From NCBI GenBank assembly GCA_964016885.1, contig OZ024760.1:9858001-9922000 (forward strand): DNA of 64,000 nt. The letters are read 5' to 3'. Shown piece by piece: positions 53,575 through 64,000 of the stretch. The stretch is from Eledone cirrhosa. Its lineage: Eukaryota. The position numbers were made by a program, and so were the translations under genes. The notes under the pieces are model-generated. The model did no database searches, had not been told where the DNA came from, and saw only the letters and a program-made list of their open reading frames with translations. Within the stretch, counting starts at the first letter, position 1. Every line of letters starts with the position of its first letter.

Positions 53575-53979
53575 TATTACCAATAACAACAACAACAATA
53601 ACAACAATAACAGCAACGAAAACAGCAGCAACAACAACAGCAATAACAACAACAACAATAACAACAATAACAGCAACAATAGCAACAACAACAATAACAT
53701 CGAAAACAGCAGCAGCGGCAGCAACAACAATAACAACGAAAGCAGCAACAACAACAGCAACAATAACAGCAGCAACAACAGCAGCAACAATAACAGCAGC
53801 AACAACAGCAGCAACAATAACAGCAGCAACAACAACAGCAGCAACAACATCAACAGCAACAACAGCAACAGCAACAGCAACAATAACAGCAACAGCAACA
53901 ACAACAGCAACAACAACAGCAGCAACAACAGCAGCAACAACAACAGCAACAACAACAGCAACAACAATAGCAACAACAA

Positions 53980-54011
<32 letters not shown>

Positions 54012-54085
54012 ACAACAACAACAGCAACAACAACAGCAACAACAACAGCAGCAACAACAACAACAACAACAACAGTAGCAACAAT
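53575..54085. repeat. (CAA/CAG)n trinucleotide tract
   Basis: Read directly. Confidence 0.95.
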
Positions 54086-54400
54086 GACTAGAATAGACAA
54101 GGGGTTAGTTAATATAGGGGTCTGAAGAAGAAAAAAAGTGCTGTTATCAATAGAAAATATATTGATTTGTTCGATTGGAAGAATGCTAGAAACGCTAGCG
54201 ATATATTGAATCGTCTTTCTGGTTCATACTGCTACTTCATTTGATCGATCTCCGATGGAGAAAAGGCAAAATCTATTTCGATGAGATTTCTATGTAAAGA
54301 TAGGTATTTGCCGCAAACCTACTTATGAGGCGTTCCGCTGCCATTCCTACCATGACCATCTATTCCATCAAGTTATGGCTGAGTCAGTCTAGATTAAACT

Positions 54401-54599
54401 TACGAGGGTCGACTGAGAAGCTCGTAGGCTGACTATGAAGGAGCGATGCTAGAGCTGTGAAATCTTGCATGCCTTAATTTCAACTTTTCTTATTAAATAA
54501 CTGCACTCTTTGTTCCTGTGACTATGTTGAAAAGTAAATCTCATTTGGTCATTCCACGGGAGTATCTTGGTCAGCCTATAATTTCAGCTGACACTCGTA
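54401..54599. mobile_element. Mariner-type MITE
   Basis: TA-CGAGGGTCGACTGA...TAGGCTGAC and the imperfect inverted terminus GTCAGCCTA...TCAGCTGACACTCG-TA. Confidence 0.7.
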
Positions 54600-54771
54600 C
54601 GACTGTCAATGTAGAACTTCTATCTAGACTGCTTGTAGGCTGCCACGTGACTAATGGCGTATTCATGTAATAGTTTTGCATTCTCCTAACATTTGTTTCA
54701 TTTACAGATTTTAATAAATATTTTAACACTTTTGATAGCAGATAATTAAAACAAATATATACAGTATAAAT

Positions 54772-55960
54772 GGCGGCGAATTGGTAGAGTCGTTAGTTAG
54801 AACGTCAGATAGAATGTTTTGGTAGAGTCGTTAGAACGTCAGATAGAATGGTTTGGTAGAGTCGTTAGAACGTCAGATAGAATGGTTTGGTAGAGTCGTT
54901 AGAACGTCAGATAGAATGTTTTGGTAGAGTTGTTAGAACGTCAGATAGAATGTTTTGGTAGAGTCGTTAGAACGTCAGATAGAATGGTTTGGTAGAGTTG
55001 TTAGAACGTCAGATAGAATGTTTTGGTAGAGTCGTTAGAACGTCAGATAGAATGGTTTGGTAGAGTCGTTAGAACGTCAGATAGAATGGTTTGGTAGAGT
55101 CGTTAGAACGTCAGATAGAATGTTTTGGTAGAGTCGTTAGAACGTCAGATAGAATGGTTTGGTAGAGTTGTTAGAACGTCAGATAGAATGTTTTGGTAGA
55201 GTCGTTAGAACGTCAGATAGAATGGTTTGGTAGAGTCGTTAGAACGTCAGATAGAATGGTTTGGTAGAGTCGTTAGAACGTCAGATAGAATGTTTTGGTA
55301 GAGTCGTTAGAACGTCAGATAGAATGGTTTGGTAGAGTCGTTAGAACGTCAGATAGAATGGTTTGGTAGAGTTGTTAGAACGTCAGATAGAATGTTTTGG
55401 TAGAGTCGTTAGAACGTCAGATAGAATGGTTTGGTAGAGTCGTTAGAACGTCAGATAGAATGGTTTGGTAGAGTCGTTAAAACGTCAGATAGAATGGTTT
55501 GGTAGAGTTGTTAGAACGTCAGATAGAATGTTTTGGTAGAGTCGTTAGAACGTCAGATAGAATGGTTTGGTAGAGTCGTTAGAACGTCAGATAGAATGGT
55601 TTGGTAGAGTCGTTAGAACGTCAGATAGAATGGTTTGGTAGAGTCGTTAGAACGTCAGATAGAATGTTTTGGTAGAGTCGTTAGAACGTCAGATAGAATG
55701 GTTTGGTAGAGTCGTTAGAACGTCAGATAGAATGGTTTGGTAGAGTTGTTAGAACGTCAGATAGAATGTTTTGGTAGAGTCGTTAGAACGTCAGATAGAA
55801 TGGTTTGGTAGAGTCGTTAAAACGTCAGATAGAATGCTTTATGGTATTCGATCCAGTTCTCTGCTCTCTTAGTTCAAATTCCGCCGAGGTCAACTTTGCC
55901 TTTCATCCTTTCGAAGTCGATAAAGAAGTACCAGTGTAGTACTAGGGTCGATTCTTCCCC
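54772..55960 (+). mobile_element. SINE family A variant whose head is expanded into ~31 tandem 34-bp units
   Basis: GGCGGCGAA start, unit TTGGTAGAGTCGTTAGAACGTCAGATAGAATG(G/T)T from 54781 to about 55838, then a single B-box and body AGTTCAAATTCCGCCGAGGTCAACTTTGCC. Confidence 0.85.
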
Positions 55961-56184
55961 TGTGCCCCTTTCTCATTTCTTCTGTCACTTTCTATCTTTC
56001 TCTGGAAGAAATCTGCTGTACCCAGGCCTGGAGAGGTTGGGCTCCGCCAGTCTTAAATGGCCCAAGAAACGCCGTATGTCAATACGTTGCCCCTGCGACT
56101 CTATCAGGAGTTATGGGACTATACATACATATATACATACATATATACATACATACATACATACATACATACATACATACATAC

Positions 56185-56595
56185 ATGGTGGCTGCCAACT
56201 CGTTTTCGAGTACGGCCACTACTTTATATCCATGTAGGAGAACCCCTACCGATGCGCTGAACGAGTGTGACTTTTTAGTCCAGCCAGCGACTTGAAAACT
56301 CTGGTACAAACACTACACTTGTGACAATTATTGACACATAGTGCTGGGCCCATGGTACCATGTGACGACAAGTGCAGAGAGATCTCCAGATACAAAGCAA
56401 TGCCTGTGCCGTGAAGCTTTTATAGTGAGCAAAGGCACTGCACAAAGCCTGTCCCACTCTCTTAACCAAGATGATATTTACCAAAAAGAAGAAAAAGTCA
56501 ACATCATTGGATACCATCAGGGTTGCAGGTGTTATATCAGAGTTTTCCTTCTCCTAGAATTCTGCCTTGACAAAGGCTAAGGGGTCATCTCTCCC
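56185..56595 (-). mobile_element. Bipartite RTE-derived retroposon, 5'-truncated
   Basis: Near-identical to 11472-11884; embedded in (CATA)n. Confidence 0.8.
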
Positions 56596-57052
56596 TATAC
56601 ATACATACATACATACATACATACATACATACATACATACATACATACATACATACCTTTGTTGTGATCCAAACACCAACTAAATAATGAAAAAGTTAAT
56701 TATATTACTAAATCCTTCCAAATTATCTGAAAATTACAGGTGATGTCCGTCATTAGAAATATGGTAATGAAGGTGCTAAATCAAAACTGTACAGTGATAC
56801 CACCTGTAATTGTTAGAACTAATAAAAGGTAACAAAAAGAGTCACCGACAAAAGTCCTTCGTTTAATGTAAAATCGAAAGATGTTTTTTTTTTCCCATAA
56901 AAGTGAATGAAATTTGTGTGAGTGTTGCAGTCTATAAAAAGTATTACACACACACACACACACACACTCTTCGGTCGATCCCCTACATGACTAATATATA
57001 TATTTATGTATGTATGTATATTATGTATATATATAAATATATGTATATTATG

Positions 57053-57090
<38 letters not shown>

Positions 57091-57158
57091 ACGAATGAGT
57101 TGTGGTAAGGCACCAGAGTACTCAATACTTAGGGTAGTATATATATACATATATATAT

Positions 57159-57251
<93 letters not shown>

Positions 57252-57316
57252 TTTTGAGTTTATGTTGGTTGTATACCTAAACAACATATGTACTTGTCTA
57301 TACCATACTAATTCAA

Positions 57317-57371
57317 ACTGCCTGAAGAGGTCACAGCCAAAGATGGCTGTCACTGAAATATATATAGCAGT
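57317..57371 (+). ncRNA. Best-formed minimal type I hammerhead (C-C subtype), predicted cleavage after 57366
   Basis: ACTGC-CTGAAGA-GGTC ACAGCCA aaga TGGCTGT CACT-GAAA-TATATA-TA-GCAGT, immediately followed by AATAAA. Confidence 0.85.
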
Positions 57372-57440
57372 AATAAACGAAGCTAAATTTTAATCATTTG
57401 ACTTTTATTTAACTTTATTTTATATATATATATATGTAGG

Positions 57441-57487
<47 letters not shown>

Positions 57488-58031
57488 TTTAAAATATTAA
57501 CAAAATAGATATTCTTGTGATCAAGTATATTTTATTATAAATATTTCAGAGGTACTGAGTTAAGTTCAACAGTACGTCCTCATCAGATAAAATAAGATGA
57601 TGCACGATATACCCTGACATAGTAGATGGTTAAGATTCAGTCATGGTAGTGATTAACATATGACAAAACTCAATATTTATGCCCTAATATTGAGAACATG
57701 AGAAACATATATAATACAAACAATAGAGAGGGTGCTTGTAATACAGTTTAAAAAATACATGGCATCAATATAACAGTTAAACATTTTTTTAAAAACTACT
57801 GAAGAAAGAGGAAAGAAAGGAAAGCATATATATATAACGAAGGAATTGTGGTAAGGAACCAGGTGGACCATAACGCACCAGAGTACTCAATACTTAGGGT
57901 AGTAGAGTGGGTAATAGGAAAAGAGTCAGGATCCCGACGGCTGAGCTCTAGGCGCATTCGGATCTAACTGTCGAAACGGCCGGAGCTCAACCGTCGGGGT
58001 CCTGACTATTATCCTATATATATATATATAC

Positions 58032-58153
<122 letters not shown>

Positions 58154-58240
58154 GTGTGTGTGTGTATGTATATATATATATGTATATATACATATATATA
58201 TATACACATATATATATATATACATATATATATATACACA

Positions 58241-58272
<32 letters not shown>

Positions 58273-58302
58273 CATATATATATATACATATATATATATT
58301 CA

Positions 58303-58336
<34 letters not shown>

Positions 58337-58360
58337 ATATATACATATATATATATATAC

Positions 58361-58391
<31 letters not shown>

Positions 58392-58455
58392 ATATATATA
58401 TATATACACACACACACATATATATATACACATATACATATATATATACACATAT

Positions 58456-58509
<54 letters not shown>

Positions 58510-58532
58510 CATATATATACACATATACACAT

Positions 58533-58578
<46 letters not shown>

Positions 58579-58789
58579 TATAAATATATATACACACACA
58601 CATATAAATATATATACACACATATACATATATATATATATACATATACATATACATATATATATATATATGTGTGTGTATATATTTCTATCGTGTGTCA
58701 CCTGTGATAGGATAATGATTCAGTGACAGTTTGATTATGATGCGGGTGGGTGTCAGGGTGGAACAGGGTGTAGAGACCAGTCAATTCTT

Positions 58790-58930
58790 CACAGTCATGT
58801 GCCGCCGCTCATGTGACCGTCATGCTGTTCCTATTACTTTACATAAAATGGTGTATTTGGTATTTCAAAGTACCACCGGCGCCCGTCCTTGTTAGGTGCG
58901 ACACACGCCGTAAGCAAAATGGCGGCTGCT
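58790..58930. promoter_or_regulatory. Promoter-like CpG-containing island (YY1-like and E-box motifs)
   Basis: GTCATGTG at about 58795, TCATGTGACC 58809-58818 and CAAAATGGCGGC 58915-58926. Confidence 0.4.
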
Positions 58931-59316
58931 TTTAATCGGTCGGTCGTTGTTTTTGTTGGTGTGTGTGTGGTGTGTGTTGTCTGTGTCTGTCTCTGTTTGT
59001 TCTGTGTGTCTGTGTGTCTGTGTGTGATATGTATGTGTGGTGTGTGTGTCTGTGTGTGTCTGTGCGTGTGTGTGTGTCCGTATTTGTCTGTATGTGTGAT
59101 GGCGGACGACGGCAAAATGTCAATGTGGTAATTTAGTGGGGAGAGAGAGGGGGTGTGCGGTGTGGTGTGGTGTGGTGCGGTGTGGTGCGGTGTGGTACTT
59201 TGTGATGTGGTGTTGTGTGTGGTGTGGCGTCTGTTGTGGGGTGTGGGGTGTGGTGATGTGTGGTGTGGCAGGGGTGTACTGTGAGAAGTGAGTGGGAAAT
59301 TGGAAAATAAGCGGGT

Positions 59317-59356
<40 letters not shown>

Positions 59357-59677
59357 TAAAATTATATTGAGCAAAAGTTGCATCCGTAGTCATAATTAAC
59401 AGAAACAACAACAACAACAATAGTGACATTAAAAACAACAACAAAGCAATAGTAACAACGGAAACCACAATGGAAGCAACAACAATAACAACAACAACAA
59501 TAACAACAACATCACCAACAACAACAACAAAACAACAACAACAACAACAATAACAACAACAACAGCAACAGCTGCGATATTTTAAAAAGGTCAACCTACT
59601 AAATATAACAACTGAATCACCCTCAAAATACACACAACTACGATATTCATTTTCTTTTTCTTTTTCTATTAAAAATA

Positions 59678-59780
59678 TACAGTAACCTCCCGGTATTCGC
59701 GGCGGGATACGTTCCTTGAGTACCCGCGAAGAGTGAAAAACCGCGAATATTGGACGTGGTGCATAAAAATGCCTATAAAC
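59678..59780 (+). mobile_element. One terminus of a Tc1/pogo (Tigger)-like DNA element
   Basis: TA-CAGTAACCTCCCGGTATTCGCGG start with an internal inverted CCGCGAATA; partner terminus not seen. Confidence 0.45.
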
Positions 59781-59829
59781 GTCCAAAATATAACGTAAAA
59801 TATAATTTTTTTTAAAGATGTTGGCTGCA

Positions 59830-60095
59830 CAGATATTAGCTGCATGTTAGCGTCATAGGAGGACCTTCTCTGTCTAGAAATGCAACAGCAATGCCCTTCC
59901 ACACATCCTTTTTTTACTTTCTCGTATGCGATTCAATATGCTTCAAAAGAAACTTTCCCCTCATATACACTCTTTCTCCATTTATTACGATCAGCAACTA
60001 AGCTTTCCCATGTATCAGCAGAGATGTTAGCGTCTTTCAAGAAGGCTTTCAACGAATCCTTATACCTCTTTTGGGGTTTATGTGGAGGTCGTTTA
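59830..60095 (-). mobile_element. RTE-clade LINE C-terminal fragment (second family)
   Basis: KRPPHKPQKRYKDSLKAFLK...TWESLVADRNKWRKSVYEG. Confidence 0.8.
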
Positions 60096-60590
60096 TATAC
60101 ATACATGCGTACATACGTACATACGTACGTACATACATATATACATAGATACAAACATATATACATACATACGTACATACGTACATATATACATAGATAC
60201 AAACATATATACATACATACGTACATACGTACGTACGTACATATATACATAGATACAAACATATATACATACATACGTACATACGTACGTACGTACATGC
60301 ACACAAAGACACAGATACACACATATATGTATATATATATATATGTGTGTGTGTGTATGTATGCATGTGTGTGTATATAGATAATTATCTTTGTATGTAT
60401 ATATATATATATATATATATATGACTTTTTTTCAAAGGATTACCTTTAAAGACGGTTAAGAAGGTTATGTCAACATTAAAAACTACAGGGTACACCGTCG
60501 AGATTGTACCCCTTCAATATACACACCGTAGATTTCCTCATGTATCGAGTAAAACCCTGATTTGTAGTCGTCGTGGTCTTGTCACCGCAG

Positions 60591-60624
<34 letters not shown>

Positions 60625-61305
60625 GTATATATATATGTATATATATATATTTATTTATTTATTTATGTATATATATATATATATGTATATATGTGCGTGT
60701 ATATATATATAAATATATATATATATATACAATACAACGTATCTGTGCATCTATTTTGGTGTATACCTATGTGGTGTGGATTTATGCGCATATGTTTGAT
60801 TGTGTACGTGATTAAAAAGTATCTTCAAAACTTCGTTGGTGTTTTTTTTTTTCGGTAGTTGCTGTAGTTGTCATTGTAGTTGTTGTAGCTGATGTTGATG
60901 TTGTAGTTGTTGTTAGCCATGTGGTTTAGTTCATAACCACACCTCCCATCAAACCTCATCCTACGCAGTCGGGTCTCTGACCGTGCATGTGTGATGTGAG
61001 CTGTGTAAATATTCAACAGGGTGTGTGGTGATAATTTACTAAATATAGTGAGCAATGCAACTATTTTAATCAACTGAAATTATACAACAAATTAAAAATA
61101 GGATGCATTAGTGTTAATGGTAAATTTTCTCAAAGCCAAGGGGCACAACTCGGGTATTTAAATTAAAAATTGAAAGGGGGGAACGAGTATGATCTTTAGA
61201 AGTACGGTGACAACTCCAGAGATGTGAAACAGGCATATTTACCTGATCTTTAACAATGATTTTAAAATGATTAAATATATATATATATATATATTTATCA
61301 TTCTT

Positions 61306-61341
61306 TCTTCTGATGAAGGACTAGAGTCCGAAACGTTAAGA
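61306..61341 (+). ncRNA. Minimal hammerhead motif of Penelope type
   Basis: TCTT-CTGATGA-A-GGAC taga GTCC-GAAACGTT-AAGA. Confidence 0.75.
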
Positions 61342-61775
61342 CCCTCTTCCTGTTATTTCAAGCGTTAACCTAATATATTGCTTCCATATACTGTAACGAT
61401 TGTGTTATTTCTGTATACCTTTTACACACATACACACACACACACAATACATATATCTATCTATCTAAGGCGGGTAAAATTCCCGAGATCCATGGACGAG
61501 TTCTCTCCAGCAGTCTCTGTCCCTCATTATCGCTGCCATATCCTGCATCTCCAACAGACCAGTGTCTGTCCTTAGGGCATCAACATATGTTAACCTTGGT
61601 CTTCCTCTTCTAGTGGGTCCATGTAGGGGCTCCCAATATATATATATATTGTCATACTTTGGGAGGGTCATGTTGCCAATACAAACACCAGACCTGTTGA
61701 TTTTCACTTCAATTTATTATAAGTTTCCGGTTGATTAGTTAGTTGGTTCGATAACCGGAAGGTTGTTTATATATT

Positions 61776-61818
61776 ATCAAAGCTCTTTCGTCACAGATTC
61801 TGTGACCTCCTCAGTGAC
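61776..61818 (-). ncRNA. Minimal hammerhead motif in family D element 61648-61935
   Basis: Minus strand: GTCA-CTGAGGA-G-GTCACAG aat CTGTGAC-GAAA-GAGC-TT-TGAT. Confidence 0.7.
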
Positions 61819-61941
61819 TAGGTTTTGATTTTGTGTGTCTCTTCTTTGTTCTGTCCTACACCATCTTGTTTTTGTGTGTTGTGTGTTGAGTTCGTTTATA
61901 TTTGTTGCCTCTGGGATTTGTCTGAGAATTGCATCTGAGAA

Positions 61942-62207
61942 TTACAATAGGCACACTTTACAATAGGCACAATTTACAATAGGCACAATTTACAATAGGC
62001 ACACTTTACAATAGGCACACTTTACAATAGGCACACTTTACAATAGGCACACTTTACAATAGGCACAATTTACAATAGGCACACTTTACAATAGGCACAC
62101 TTTACAATAGGCACAATTTACAATAGGCACACTTTACAATAGGCACACTTTACAATAGGCACAATTTACAATAGGCACACTTTACAATAGGCACAATTTA
62201 CAATAGC
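61942..62207. repeat. 16-bp tandem repeat TTACAATAGGCACA(C/A)T, about 16 copies
   Basis: Read directly. Confidence 0.95.
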
Positions 62208-62467
62208 CAGACCTAAACTTAAAAAGATTCTAGAACAGCATAGCAGGAACGAGAATAGAATGGAGATCCAACAATGCCTGCGTAAGCTCATGTAACTCTC
62301 ACGAAATGGAGGGATTGTATGCTTTCCAACAGACAGGTGAGGCAGAATGTCAGTTGACAGCCTACCAAACTATATCCAGGCAACCCAACATCATCAACAC
62401 AGGTAACACCACAAGAGCATGAGGAAAGGGTAACATTTCCATGTTTACTTTCAATTTTTATATCGTA

Positions 62468-63363
62468 AATATCCATAACATGTACTAATGCCTATAGTAT
62501 AATATCCATAACATGTACTAATGCCTATAGTATAATATCCATAACATGTACTAATGCCTATAGTATAATATCCATAAGATGTACTAATGCCTATAGTATA
62601 ATATCCATAACATGTACTAATGCCTATAGTATAATATCCATAAGATGTACTAATGCCTATAGTATAATATCCATAAGATGTACTAATGCCTATAGTATAA
62701 TATCCATAACATGTACTAATGCCTATAGTATAATATCCATAAGATGTACTAATGCCTATAGTATAATATCCATAAGATGTACTAATGACTATAGTATAAT
62801 ATCCATAACATGTACTAATGCCTATAGTATAATATCCATAACATGTACTAATGCCTATAGTATAATATCCATAACATGTACTAATGACTATAGTATAATA
62901 TCCATAACATGTACTAATGCCTATAGTATAATATCCATAACATGTACTAATGACTATAGTATAATATCCATAACATGTACTAATGCCTATAGTATAATAT
63001 CCATAACATGTACTAATGACTATAGTATAATATCCATAAGATGTACTAATGCCTATAGTATAATATCCATAACATGTACTAATGCCTATAGTATAATATC
63101 CATAACATGTACTAATGACTATAGTATAATATCCATAACATGTACTAATGCCTATAGTATAATATCCATAACATGTACTAATGCCTATAGTATAATATCC
63201 ATAAGATGTACTAATGCCTATAGTATAATATCCATAACATGTACTAATGCCTATAGTATAATATCCATAAGATGTACTAATGCCTATAGTATAATATCCA
63301 TAAGATGTACTAATGCCTATAGTATAATATCCATAAGATGTACTAACGCCTATAGTATAATCC
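62468..63363. repeat. 33-bp tandem repeat AATATCCATAACATGTACTAATGCCTATAGTAT, about 27 copies
   Basis: Period confirmed at 62468 and 62501. Confidence 0.97.
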
Positions 63364-63701
63364 TTACATAAATGAATTATTATTGTAATAAAAAATTATT
63401 ACGATATATACATCGCAGAAAATATGTATTCAGGGCGGTACCCCAGCATGGCCTCAGCCTGGTGGCTGCAACAGATAAAAGAGTAAAAGTGTATAGATAT
63501 TGTTATATCATATATATACCGGAAGATGTATTTATGTTTATAATTTCATTCGTACTTTAGAGTCTCACACTCTAAATGAATTATTAGTGTAATAAACAAT
63601 CCTAGAAAGTATGTATAGATAATTACTTAATAATAAAGTATATATAGATATCTACTTAATATGTCTTAATCGGGGTTTAAAAGAAACATTCTAAAATACG
63701 C

Positions 63702-63773
<72 letters not shown>

Positions 63774-64000
63774 TGTACAAAAGTAACACGAGTAGCACAT
63801 ATAAAAACAAATAGTAGAGAGGAAAAAGATTTTTTCAGTAGAAAATGCTGAAGAGATTCTTTCAGTATAATATCAAAACATTTATTTATAAAATGGATAT
63901 TTCCGCATTTGATAATGGAACCGGTTTCAGCATTATATGATTTTTTCAACTGCGGATATGCATAATGTAGTTATGTTGCATATTTATACAAATACAGGGA

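Noticed and set aside
62208-62470. Unique stretch as an exon or PLE ORF remnant (RPKLKKILEQH)
   Set aside because: Too short, with no diagnostic motif or consistent splice frame

Overview
This is AT-rich, repeat-dominated eukaryotic DNA, intergenic or intronic. The tRNA-derived SINE families resemble those of octopod cephalopods, which is an inference and not a database match. I can support no intact host protein-coding gene, and almost all ORFs in the track are translations of (TA)n, (CA)n, (TATG)n, (GTT)n or (GGT)n tracts. The real coding traces are broken transposons: two L1/Tx1-type 5' halves, a decayed R4/Dong-type element, a CRE-type endonuclease fragment, several RTE 3' ends and a mariner transposase fragment. 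There are also two SINE families, five copies of a bipartite RTE-derived element, MITEs and several minisatellites. The main signal invisible to the ORF track is about 15-20 minimal type I hammerhead-ribozyme (HHR) motifs. They lie in short non-coding elements embedded in (TA)n tracts, many folded into long inverted repeats with a unique 3' tail, which is the known layout of Penelope-like element pseudo-LTRs. Nine loci share a distinctive HHR subtype with an AUA cleavage triplet, a near-palindromic loop 3, covarying stem II pairs and an almost invariant C-C mismatch at stem II position 4. All folds were made by eye and activity is untested.
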